DNA from: Promethearchaeati archaeon SRVP18_Atabeyarchaeia-1
GTDB taxonomy: Archaea; Asgardarchaeota; Atabeyarchaeia; Atabeyarchaeales; Atabeyarchaeaceae
DNA length: 64,000 nt
Assembly: GCA_037308085.1 (NCBI GenBank)
Contig: CP147779.1
Location: forward strand, 1,184,001 to 1,248,000
Reading direction: 5' to 3'
Positions 20,023-29,342 of this stretch are shown here, in pieces. The position numbers and the translations under genes are program-made. The notes under the pieces are model-generated. The model was not told the origin of the DNA. It made no database searches and saw only the letters and a list, made by a program, of their open reading frames with translations. Positions within the stretch are counted from its first letter, which is position 1. Each line of letters starts with the position of its first letter.

Positions 20023-21359
20023 CGAAGCTAATGACTGAAGAGATAATGGAGAAGACTGAGCAGGTAGTTAGGAAGGCTAGGGGCCTTGGCGCAGCCGAAG
20101 TCGTAGCTGAAGGTGTGGTCTCACAGGATAGGCAAGTGAGATTCAGCAACAACCAGATAGACATATCCCAGAACTGGCGGGAATCCGCTATCGATGTGGT
20201 TCTCACGGTTGGCAAGAAAGTTGTTGCTACCAAGATCAACAAGCTAGATAAACTGGACTTCATGGTTGAGAAGCTGGTGTCCATAGCCAAGGCGTCAAAG
20301 GATAACCCTCTCTGGGGCGGGGTCGCGAAGGGCAAATTCAAGTACGAGAGCTCAAAGATGGACAATTCGATTAGGAAGCTAGATGAGCCCTCGAAGTATG
20401 TTTGGAAGGCGATCGACGCTGCTTTCTCAGAGGGAGCCAAGAACACTGGAGGTCTCCTATTTGTGGGTGACGAGGACTCGTACTTGGTTTCATCTGAAGG
20501 TCCGAGTGGCCTTGACAGCCAGACTTACATCGACCTCAGCATCAGAGCTTTCTCGGATGAAGAGAATTCTGGGCATGGTGTCGAATGCTCGAATAGTCTT
20601 GCAGACTTCCATCCTGAGAAAGCGGGCAAAAAGGCTGGGGAGATCGCAAGCGAATCGAAGAAGTATCCCAGAGAGAACGTTGAAGAAGGTAGCTATGACG
20701 TTGTTCTTGAACCGCTTTTCTTCGGCGCGGTAATGTCCACGATGGGAGCTATGGCATCAGCGTTCTATGCTCTTGCGGGTCAGTCACCTTTCGTGGGCAA
20801 GGTAGGGCAAAAAGTCGCTTCGGGAATTGTGACAATGCGTGACTACGCTTCTGCCACCTCAATGTTCCATAGAACCTTTGATGCAGAAGGTGTACCTATC
20901 AAGGATACTAAAATCATAGACCACGGGGTATTCAAAACCTTTCTGCACAACACTTCAACTGCAAAGCTCTTCAAGACAGAGACAACAGGAAACGCCGGCA
21001 TTGTCATCCCACAAGCGTTTACAACCCAGATGGATCCAGGCGACTACGAGCTACAGGAGATCTTCTCACAGGTCAAGAGTGGATTGTACTTGACAAACAC
21101 ATGGTACACGCGCTTCCAGAACTACACGACTGGAGACTTCTCGACAGTTCCGCGTGACGGAGCCTTCGTAGTGAAGGACGGCGAGATCAAGGCATCGACC
21201 GCCAACCTCAGAGTATCAGAAAACCTTTTGAGACTCCTCCAGAACATCGAAGGGATAAGTAGGGAGAGACACCAGGTGCGCTGGTGGGGAGAAGTCAGCG
21301 AACCAGCATTCGCGCCGCATGTACTAGCTCGGAACGTCAAGATAACTAAGGCGAAGTAG
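20019..21359 (+). CDS. pmbA: TldE/PmbA family protein
   Basis: FDAEG, TTGNAG, GDFS; no HExxH; overlaps the tldD stop. Confidence 0.9.
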   Translation: MTKLMTEEIMEKTEQVVRKARGLGAAEVVAEGVVSQDRQVRFSNNQIDISQNWRESAIDVVLTVGKKVVATKINKLDKLDFMVEKLVSIAKASKDNPLWGGVAKGKFKYESSKMDNSIRKLDEPSKYVWKAIDAAFSEGAKNTGGLLFVGDEDSYLVSSEGPSGLDSQTYIDLSIRAFSDEENSGHGVECSNSLADFHPEKAGKKAGEIASESKKYPRENVEEGSYDVVLEPLFFGAVMSTMGAMASAFYALAGQSPFVGKVGQKVASGIVTMRDYASATSMFHRTFDAEGVPIKDTKIIDHGVFKTFLHNTSTAKLFKTETTGNAGIVIPQAFTTQMDPGDYELQEIFSQVKSGLYLTNTWYTRFQNYTTGDFSTVPRDGAFVVKDGEIKASTANLRVSENLLRLLQNIEGISRERHQVRWWGEVSEPAFAPHVLARNVKITKAK

Positions 21360-21392
21360 GAAGCAAGCAGTTGACGTCCTGCGCTCGTTTCT

Positions 21393-22040
21393 CTACTTCC
21401 CAGATATTTTTTCGGGAGACAATAGATCTGGAATGTTTGTTACGATGGCGTCTACTCCGAGTCTGATCAGTCTCTCAGCAACGCGGCGATTGTTCACTGT
21501 CCAAGCGAAGATGGCGAGATTGTGCTCGTGGAGTTCTTTGACCATCTCCTTGGTGACTAACTCATACTGAGGTACCATGCAACTGGCTTTCAGTTCCAAC
21601 GCTTTCACGGCAATGTCACGGATTTTCTAGGAGAATATCTGACCTGTCGGTATCTGCTGGTTCAGTTCCTTTACCTTCCTGATCGCGTCAGCCATGAATG
21701 AAGTCACAACCACATTCTTCACAGCGTCTTCTGACTCCAGCAGGTCAACCAGCAACTTCTCTGTTCCCACGCCTTTCACCCCAATAACGACTCCTACCTT
21801 GTTCTCAGATAACTTGAGGGCTTCTTGAAGCGTGGGTATCTTCTCACCTTTTCCCGCATCGAGTCTCCTGATCTCTTCAAGGGTCATTTCCCTGACTGCT
21901 CCTTCTCCATTTGTGGTGCGGTTAACCGTATCGTCGTGTATCACCACTAGCTGTGCGTCTCTCGTGGAGTGAACGTCCACTTCAACCATGTCAGCGCCAA
22001 GCTCAATTGCCGTTTCTAAAACCTTGAGCAATTTTATTGG
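21393..22040 (-). pseudogene. Glycerophosphodiester phosphodiesterase pseudogene
   Basis: AIELGADMVEVDVH, VVIHD, IPTL, AWTVN, GVDAIVTN motifs; in-frame TAG at 21627-21629; N-terminal HRG motif missing; expected IEVK appears as IGVK. Confidence 0.85.
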
Positions 22041-22327
22041 TTTTATTCGGAGCGTCGGCCTCCTCCGTCCCACCTGCTCCGGCGGCACCAGGCCTACCGC
22101 CGGCGTGCAGGTACTCATGCTTCATCGAAGGCCAAGAGGCGTCCGCACTCACGGTAAACGGGTAGCCGCAGAGGCGCGGCCCACGAGAGAAGATGGCCAA
22201 CGAGGCCAGCCTGTTCCTATCGTAAGCAGCGCCGCAGGCGACCGGGCTCATGAAGAATGACGGAACGCGCTACTTCCAAACAAGAATTGGCCCAAGCATG
22301 CTTCTCTCTCGGTTTCCCCGTGGTTGC

Positions 22328-23734
22328 CTATGTCTGAATAGTCACATCTTGGATCCTGATCGGCGGCGATACTACGCACGATGGATAGAGCATTGGCGTA
22401 CACTTCTCTGGCTTGTCTCCAATGGCATCTATCTTCTTCGCATAGTCAAAGATGTTCCCAGCTATCCTGACATCACTTGCCGGCGTGGTCAATTCGCCAT
22501 TCTCGATTCTGAGCCCATTCAACACAGTGACCGAGAAGGAACCGTCTGGTCTTGCAGTGAAGGCAGGGTCAGACCTCTCGATATATATGCCGTCCCTGAC
22601 TTCGCTGATCATGCTATTCAGGGACATGGCTCCCGGCTTGAAAACAAGGTTGGTCGGATAGATTCTCGGGAGTCGTCTGAAACTTCTATAGTAGAAATAG
22701 TCTACACTCGGCATCTCCCATCTGACACAGTTGCCAGTGCTCTGAACAGATGCTATTCTTGCGCTTTGGCTATTGTGGAGGTAGCCTTTCAGAATGCCGT
22801 TCTCGACGAGGACCGTTCTCTTGGAGGGCATACCTTCGTCGTCCATCTTGAATGATGCAAGGCCTCCTTCGTAGGTTCCGTCGTCAACTAGGGTGAGGAT
22901 ATCAGATCCGATCTGCTTGCCTATTTTTCCCTCCAATGGAGAAGCCTTGTCCCTAACGTTATCGGCCAGAAAGGCGTTCGCAAACGCGTACGTGAAAAGC
23001 TCAGCCACGGCGTGTGGGCTTAGGACCACCGGCATCTTCTTGGGCTCAATCGTCCGGGCTCCACGATATTTCAGTATCTTACCAGAATAGTTAGATGCAA
23101 AGTTGCTAACATTGTCAGTACCTTTGACTGTCCTCTCGACATTATAGACCTCGATCTTGCTTTCTCTGTCTTCATACTTCGCAGATATTCCCAAAGCCAT
23201 TCTTACAAAGCTGCCATAGTCATCAACCATCAGCCCTTCGGTATTGACGACTGCGAATCCATGCCTAGATCGCCCGAAAAGAGAGTCGTAGACTGTTATT
23301 CTCTGAGGATCGACTTCCTTTGCAGCTTTCCTGAGAGTTACTAACTGGGACATTGCTTCTTCTGGTCCCATCTCAGCAGCATGCTTGTCGTAGATGCCAG
23401 AAACGCGCGGGTAACCGCTCGGTTTTGCTGGGAAGCTCTCAAGTCCAGGTTGAGGCTCAGCTACCTTCAACGCGCTACGAACTGATGACTTTATTGATTC
23501 ATCTTCGAGGTTGCTGAGATACGCGAATCCGAGGGAACCACCCTTTATCACGCGGATACCTGCCCCAGCGAGGGTTTGATCCCTTGTCGTAAGATTCTCC
23601 TTACCGCTGACTCTGGATATCCTCATAACAAGATTCTCTCTTGACTCAAGGAAGACTTCTACTCGCTCTGCGCCTTCCCCTTGAGCCATCTTGACGATTC
23701 TTTCGGCTGTGTGAGGCAAATCCATTGAGGACAA
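22328..23734 (-). CDS. pmbA: TldE/PmbA family protein
   Basis: GIRV..GG.LGF, DDEG, LVENGIL, STGN, IENGE. Confidence 0.9.
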   Translation of the reverse strand: MSSMDLPHTAERIVKMAQGEGAERVEVFLESRENLVMRISRVSGKENLTTRDQTLAGAGIRVIKGGSLGFAYLSNLEDESIKSSVRSALKVAEPQPGLESFPAKPSGYPRVSGIYDKHAAEMGPEEAMSQLVTLRKAAKEVDPQRITVYDSLFGRSRHGFAVVNTEGLMVDDYGSFVRMALGISAKYEDRESKIEVYNVERTVKGTDNVSNFASNYSGKILKYRGARTIEPKKMPVVLSPHAVAELFTYAFANAFLADNVRDKASPLEGKIGKQIGSDILTLVDDGTYEGGLASFKMDDEGMPSKRTVLVENGILKGYLHNSQSARIASVQSTGNCVRWEMPSVDYFYYRSFRRLPRIYPTNLVFKPGAMSLNSMISEVRDGIYIERSDPAFTARPDGSFSVTVLNGLRIENGELTTPASDVRIAGNIFDYAKKIDAIGDKPEKCTPMLYPSCVVSPPIRIQDVTIQT

Positions 23735-23781
23735 GGTCTAGGTTCCACTCCTTGCTATCAACTCATTGACAATTCAGCATT

Positions 23782-25203
23782 CTATCCTATTCTCAGCTCA
23801 CTGAATCTCAGGTGCGGGCCAGCCCCTGAGGTAACCATCGACTCCTCTTCTTCCGTCAACCTTATCTGAAGAACTTCAAAGTCACTCCCAACGCCATCAA
23901 TGTTCTTCAATTCATTGACAATGTCAAGGGTGAAGCTCGGCGACAAGACAGCTCTTCCAAGCTTTCCGTTCTTTATCAAATAACCCCTCTCCGCATTGCC
24001 ACTCATAATGCGCGTTGTGCTGGCGCCCGTGAGCCCCGTCAGATAGATACCATCCTTTATTCCTTCAACCATCTCCTCAAACTTCAGGTCGCCAGACTTC
24101 ACTATCGTGTTAGACACGTATGGGCGGGGCGCGAAGAGGGCATTCTGGCATCTTGCATGTCCTTCAACGACAGTATTGAACAGGTATGCAGTGGTCTTGC
24201 TGTGCAAATATGATTTCAACACGCCATTCTCAATCAGCGTCGTGGGTCTTGCTAAGACACCTTCCTCATCATACTTATAGAAAACTGGAAGCCCAGGAGA
24301 AGTTGGATCATCATAAAGAACGAACGACTCGGGCGCTAGTTGCTCACCTAGTCTGCCCGCAAACCCGCCAAGCTCACCTTCAGGTATCAGGGCATTATGA
24401 GCACAACCCATCAACCCCGTGCTTGACGCCAAGAGTCCAGTCAACCTAGGATCGAGGATAGCTGGAAGCTTCCCTGAGGGAGGCTCCTCTGCTGACAGAA
24501 GCTCAACGGCATCCTTGGCGACCTGTTGGGCCGAACTCAGCGGATCAGCCATGGCCATTAGTTCCTGCCCGGCGCTGGCACCGATTCTTCCTATGCACCT
24601 CGAGATTCTGGCGCCCTCGCGGGCGGTGACTATCGTGCGCAGTTCGGTGTACGGGTGCGATTCCTGTATCTTCGAGCCGTCTGAGTTGACGAAGAACCTC
24701 TCATAGACTTCGTCGATGTATCTAAAATTAGTTCCGACGATCCTTTCGTCGGTTGAGCGTGCCGCAGCATCACAGGATAGAATTATCTCCTTCTTCTCGT
24801 CGATGGGAACTTCCCTTGGGTCAGTCACATCCCCCAACTTCACGTCATCTTCGACTTGAGGCGCAGAGGCTAGTCCAACTTTCTCCTTGAAGTTCACGCT
24901 TGCTGCTTCAGCTATCTTCGTTGCCCTCTCGGCGGCTTGACCTATCGCCTCTTTGTCCTGTCGTGTAAAAATCGACAAGCCAATGGTTCCCTTGAGCACT
25001 CTTACGCTGCCAGCAAGTTCAATTGATGGAATTATCCGCTCAACTTTCCCATTAGTCACGACTATCATGTTGCTATAAATCCTCTGGAGTCTAATGTCTG
25101 CGTGCTCCACCTTATGCTTCGATACGAGTTTGCTAAGTGCAGCCTCGAGAATATCTATCACCGGACAATACCCCCCCGTTTCAGGCACGTCGCGTATGAC
25201 CAA
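23782..25203 (-). CDS. TldD-like protein lacking the HExxGH metal site
   Basis: ADIR, DDPT, YDEEG, GHAR, SNT motifs present; LLASSTG where HExxGH is expected; no C-terminal CGK. Confidence 0.85.
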   Translation of the reverse strand: MVIRDVPETGGYCPVIDILEAALSKLVSKHKVEHADIRLQRIYSNMIVVTNGKVERIIPSIELAGSVRVLKGTIGLSIFTRQDKEAIGQAAERATKIAEAASVNFKEKVGLASAPQVEDDVKLGDVTDPREVPIDEKKEIILSCDAAARSTDERIVGTNFRYIDEVYERFFVNSDGSKIQESHPYTELRTIVTAREGARISRCIGRIGASAGQELMAMADPLSSAQQVAKDAVELLSAEEPPSGKLPAILDPRLTGLLASSTGLMGCAHNALIPEGELGGFAGRLGEQLAPESFVLYDDPTSPGLPVFYKYDEEGVLARPTTLIENGVLKSYLHSKTTAYLFNTVVEGHARCQNALFAPRPYVSNTIVKSGDLKFEEMVEGIKDGIYLTGLTGASTTRIMSGNAERGYLIKNGKLGRAVLSPSFTLDIVNELKNIDGVGSDFEVLQIRLTEEEESMVTSGAGPHLRFSELRIG

Positions 25204-25215
25204 TTGCTCGACTCA

Positions 25216-25623
25216 TCAGGTGATCGGCGAGGAAACTATTTGGGCAACCCGCTTTGCTCTTATCATGAGCAGGGCGAGATTCGCTCTCTTGTCTGAGAAA
25301 ATGAACAACGTCTTCTTGGACGCTGCTTGTATAAGGATAGTGCTGTTTTCCGACCTTAGAATCATGTTATCCAGCTGCCCTCCACCAATCCGCTCAACAA
25401 AGTGCAACGTCTGATCAGATAGTTCCTTGACGTCCACACCTGTCACCTCTATCCTTGATCGATCTAGCAGTGTCCGGTACCATTGGTGGACAACTTCTCC
25501 ATTCTCGTCTACAATCAGAAGCGCTGAGACGCCAAGTAGCGAAGTGACCTCGGTAATTACGCTTTCTATACTCATAGGTTTTGTTCGATCTGCGTCTGCT
25601 CTAGGCATCGGAGTCCCATACAA
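25216..25623 (-). CDS. Roadblock/LC7 (MglB-like) protein
   Basis: GV..LLIVDENG, G.LD.MIL..E, ANLAL; length fits the fold. Confidence 0.85.
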   Translation of the reverse strand: MYGTPMPRADADRTKPMSIESVITEVTSLLGVSALLIVDENGEVVHQWYRTLLDRSRIEVTGVDVKELSDQTLHFVERIGGGQLDNMILRSENSTILIQAASKKTLFIFSDKRANLALLMIRAKRVAQIVSSPIT

Positions 25624-25919
25624 GCCAACTCATCCTCCTAATTGTGCCAATTATCGGGAAATCGAGAATAACCTCTCTTGAGTGAATCGACCCCAAACTA
25701 GCGGCAAAACTACCGCCAGCTACTGGCGGATGGTATATTTTCAATCATCATCCTTTTATTTTAATGTTTTGATGCAAGATGCCCATCCTTCGAGATGCGA
25801 TCATGAAACTCGCAGAATACTGGCGAAACTCGACTTGGCATCATTTGCAAGACCTATAAATATCCGCAATGCCCCTGTGTGGCAAAAAGAGAAGAGAATG
25901 CATTTATAGGACAAGCTAG

Positions 25920-26306
25920 GTGAAAATCATGAAATCAAAGTTCACATACGTTGGAATCAGAGTGACCAATCTTCAGAGGTCTACAGACTTTTACACAAGG
26001 TTGCTCGGAATGAAGATCGTTAATCGTGGTAAAGTGGGGCAAACAAAAGGTGAGACAGTGACCCTTGAAAGCGAGAAAGGCGGCTTCATCCTCGAACTCA
26101 ACTACTATGAACAAGGCAGCCCCTACAACACCAAATACAGCGCGGGAGAAGGACTAGACCATTTAGCGTTCAAGACCGACAACCTCGATAAGGCCTTGCA
26201 GGAGGCCAACAAAGCAGGGTACCGCACCGTACTGGATATGAACGCAGGCGGCGGCCATTGGGCATATATTGAGGATCCCGACGGGATATGGATCGAACTC
26301 TTCTGA
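25920..26306 (+). CDS. VOC/glyoxalase family protein (lactoylglutathione lyase-like)
   Basis: FYTRLLGM, LELNY, HLAF, DPDGIWIEL. Confidence 0.9.
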   Translation: MKIMKSKFTYVGIRVTNLQRSTDFYTRLLGMKIVNRGKVGQTKGETVTLESEKGGFILELNYYEQGSPYNTKYSAGEGLDHLAFKTDNLDKALQEANKAGYRTVLDMNAGGGHWAYIEDPDGIWIELF

Positions 26307-26430
26307 ACGACGATCTGCCTTGCCAAGAGTAGAGCCAGCAAAATAGAACTCCCTAATGCTCGCGTCAAAGCGAATCGAACCCTATGTATTTATTACTGAA
26401 TTGCCGACATTATTCCGCTTAACCAAAAAC

Positions 26431-26492
26431 GCGCGGGTAAGTGGGTCCTCCCACCCGTTCCGCAATCGATAAACCCCGGGAAGTGGAGGGGA
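26431..26492 (+). promoter_or_regulatory. Candidate SD-sequestering pseudoknot leader (riboswitch-like) upstream of queT
   Basis: Stem GCGGGT/ACCCGT whose loop TCCTCC is complementary to the SD GGAGGG, with an intervening hairpin. Confidence 0.35.
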
Positions 26493-26502
26493 ACTCTGGC
26501 AA

Positions 26503-27108
26503 TTGCTCGCCATAGAAGATAACTCGTGTGTTCAGAATAGGAGAAAGACGAAGTCAGGCGCCAGCGACCTTCCTGATGAGTTCTATAGGCATAGGACCGT
26601 TCAGGTTGCCATTTCTGGGATAGTAGCAGCCCTGTATGCCACCACGCTGATCCTGTTCTCGTTTTTTTCATTCGGCCCAATTCAGTTTCGTGTAGCAGAT
26701 TCCCTGATGCCTCTCGCACTCGTATTTGGCTATAGTGGCGCATCAGGCTTGTCCATCGGCTGCCTAGTTGGGAACTATTTCGGTTTCATGACAGGAATCA
26801 CGTCACCAATAGATGTTCTGGGCGGGGCTATCGCGAATCTCTTGGCAGGCGTCATCGGATACAAGTTATACCAGATATTCGCGACTAGAGGGAAAAAGGG
26901 GTTTACCTGGGTCCAACTTACGATTCTGGTACAGAATATCTTAGTGACTCTAGTCGTAGGTTCATACATGGCTGTTCTGGTTCCACTACCGCCAGATCTT
27001 GCAACATCTCTAGTTCTATGGTACGCTGGTCTATTCTTGGGATCTATCATATCTATGAACATTCTAGGGTACCTTGTCTACAAGATGACGCGCGTGGGAT
27101 TGCTCTGA
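26503..27108 (+). CDS. queT: QueT family (queuosine/preQ precursor) transporter
   Basis: AALY, FGPIQFRVAD, GL.IGCLVGN, DVLGG; hydrophobic throughout. Confidence 0.82.
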   Translation: MLAIEDNSCVQNRRKTKSGASDLPDEFYRHRTVQVAISGIVAALYATTLILFSFFSFGPIQFRVADSLMPLALVFGYSGASGLSIGCLVGNYFGFMTGITSPIDVLGGAIANLLAGVIGYKLYQIFATRGKKGFTWVQLTILVQNILVTLVVGSYMAVLVPLPPDLATSLVLWYAGLFLGSIISMNILGYLVYKMTRVGLL

Positions 27109-27285
27109 ATCCTTGGAGGCAAACTGCTCCTGGCTAGAAGATCTAGCTGAACGCGCGGGCAATTGAATCAGAGAACGAGTTCGAAGGGAGTGACCGTGGG
27201 GATTCTAGCAAAACCTCAAAAGGCCATCTACCTTCTTCGATTCTAAGAGAGTTCTGAAAACATAGGTCTGCGGAGGCCACTTTTA

Positions 27286-28434
27286 TTGAAGAGCGAAGTG
27301 GCGGTTCTAAAGTGCCAAGATTACGAATACGGCAAGATAAAAGAAGTGGTATACTCATCGATCAACATGATCGGCGGTACTAAGGGTCTACACATCACAG
27401 GCGGGGACAGGGTTCTGCTGAAGGTAAATCTTCTTAGTGCTAGGAAGCCCGAAGACGCTGTTACGACTCATCCATACGTTGCAAAGGCGCTCACCGAGTA
27501 TTTCCAGGACGCCGGCGCAGATGTCGTCTTGGGAGACTCTTCAGCTGCCGGACCTATTGAAACAAGAAAGGCACTGAAGGTTGCGGGCATAGAGAAAGTT
27601 GCTGAGGAGACGAAGGCCAAGGCTGTCAATTTCGAGGCAGAGGGTTTCACTAAGATCCCTGCGCCGAAGGATTCGCTGCGCTTGAGTGAAGTCTATGTAG
27701 CGAAACCGGTTCTCGACTCCCAATTTGTCGTCACAGTGCCAAAATTGAAGAATCACAACCTCACGAGATTCACCGGGGCGCTGAAGAACCTCTTTGGCAC
27801 TGTTCCTACAGCCACGAGGATGAAGCTCCATGCGCTGGGCAGAGCCAGACTGTTCAGCCAAGGCATAGTGGACATCTATTCAGCAATCAGGCCCGGGCTT
27901 GCTGTCATGGATGGAGTTGTAGGGATGGATGGCAATGGTCCTAGCTTTGGAACACTTAGAAAAGCAGGAATTATCGCCGCAAGCAGAGACAGCGTCGCAT
28001 TGGACGCGGTCTGCTCGAGTGCGATAGGTTACAGGGAGAACGAGATCCTTACCACTGTCGAAGCCTCCAATAGAGGATTAGGAAACGGCAAGCTTAAAGA
28101 TATTCACCTTAAGGGAATGGATGCGGGACAACTCCATCTGTCTTGGAACAAGGTAAAGACAATGCCACTAGACATGGTGCCAAGCCGCTTGTTCAAACTC
28201 ATGATCGGGCTTGTCTACACGAGACCCAGCCTGATAAAGGCGAATTGCAGTAGGTGTGCTACATGCGCATCTCATTGCCCAGCTCACGCCATTAGGCTCA
28301 CCCCCTATCCCGTGCTAGATTACAAGCGATGCTTAAGATGCTTCACATGCAACGAAATATGTCCAAATGGGGCCTATGAACTCAGAAAAAGCTTCCTGGC
28401 CAGGATCCTGGGTCGGATGGGAATTCAGCTCTAA
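27286..28434 (+). CDS. DUF362 protein with C-terminal 2x[4Fe-4S]
   Basis: VLLKVN, TTHP, PKLKNH, TGALKNLFG, GNGP, two CxxCxxCxxxCP motifs. Confidence 0.9.
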   Translation: MKSEVAVLKCQDYEYGKIKEVVYSSINMIGGTKGLHITGGDRVLLKVNLLSARKPEDAVTTHPYVAKALTEYFQDAGADVVLGDSSAAGPIETRKALKVAGIEKVAEETKAKAVNFEAEGFTKIPAPKDSLRLSEVYVAKPVLDSQFVVTVPKLKNHNLTRFTGALKNLFGTVPTATRMKLHALGRARLFSQGIVDIYSAIRPGLAVMDGVVGMDGNGPSFGTLRKAGIIAASRDSVALDAVCSSAIGYRENEILTTVEASNRGLGNGKLKDIHLKGMDAGQLHLSWNKVKTMPLDMVPSRLFKLMIGLVYTRPSLIKANCSRCATCASHCPAHAIRLTPYPVLDYKRCLRCFTCNEICPNGAYELRKSFLARILGRMGIQL

Positions 28435-28500
28435 CTCTTCAGCATAATGTCCAAAGGTGGAGCAAGATGCAATGAAGGTTTTCGCCGAGTGGCGGGCATA

Positions 28501-29064
28501 ATGAGCGACAAGACTCCAGACTCTCTTGACCAAATTGACGCCGAAGTCAGAGAATGCATAAATTGTGTACTCCACATAGGAAGGAAGAACGCAGTCCCAG
28601 GCGAAGGCAATACCAAGGCAAGAATGGTGTTCGTTGGGGAAGCCCCAGGAAGAGAAGAGGATCTCGCGGGACGACCATTTGTGGGGATGGCGGGTAAGCT
28701 TCTGACCCAACTTCTATCATCGGCGGGTCTTAGAAGAGAAGATGTTTTCATAACAAATATCGTCAAATGTAGACCTCCGGAGAATAGACTGCCACTAGCT
28801 CCGGAGATCAAAGCCTGCTCCAACTACTTGAAGAGGCAGATCAAAATCCTTAATCCCAAATTGATATGCCCGATGGGCAATGTCGCTCTAAGAGCCTTCC
28901 TAGGGAAAAACACTTCGATCTCTAAGGCTCATGGACGACTTTTCCCAGTGTCTGGTAGCCCAGCGATTCTTCCCCTCTATCACCCCGCTGCAGCCCTCTA
29001 TATGGCACGGCTCAAAAGAGTTCTAGAAGACGACTTCAGAAGAATGTCGAAAGAAACCAGCTAG
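28501..29064 (+). CDS. udg: Uracil-DNA glycosylase, family 4
   Basis: CxxC, GEAPG, PFVG, KCRPPENR, HPAA. Confidence 0.93.
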   Translation: MSDKTPDSLDQIDAEVRECINCVLHIGRKNAVPGEGNTKARMVFVGEAPGREEDLAGRPFVGMAGKLLTQLLSSAGLRREDVFITNIVKCRPPENRLPLAPEIKACSNYLKRQIKILNPKLICPMGNVALRAFLGKNTSISKAHGRLFPVSGSPAILPLYHPAAALYMARLKRVLEDDFRRMSKETS

Positions 29065-29342
29065 CTACCCAGGAAACGCGGCCCAGTTGCCGATCCAAGT
29101 CAGTCTTATTTTTGAGTTTTTGATAGTGCGATTTTCCTCTCGTTTATCTTTGGTAATTAGACATCGCAGAATACTTCATTCATCGGTTCCTCAGAGAAGT
29201 CTACATATCCAGGGCGTTAGTGACTAGCTTGCAGTACGAGAAAGTATTCCGATGAGAATAAGAGTTTTAAGCTAATCACAAAAACCGTTATGCTTGTATG
29301 CTTCCGCGTCACTTCAAACGCTTTTGCATCGAGGGCTGAGGC

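Noticed and set aside
21627-21629. In-frame TAG as possible pyrrolysine recoding
   Set aside because: The gene also lacks its N-terminus and a metal ligand, so nonsense decay (possibly TGG to TAG) is simpler; no pyl genes in the window.
25170-25220. Hammerhead-like CTGATGA...GAAA on the - strand
   Set aside because: Six extra bases separate the stem from GAAA, flanking helices are absent, and the motif is the roadblock stop codon context.
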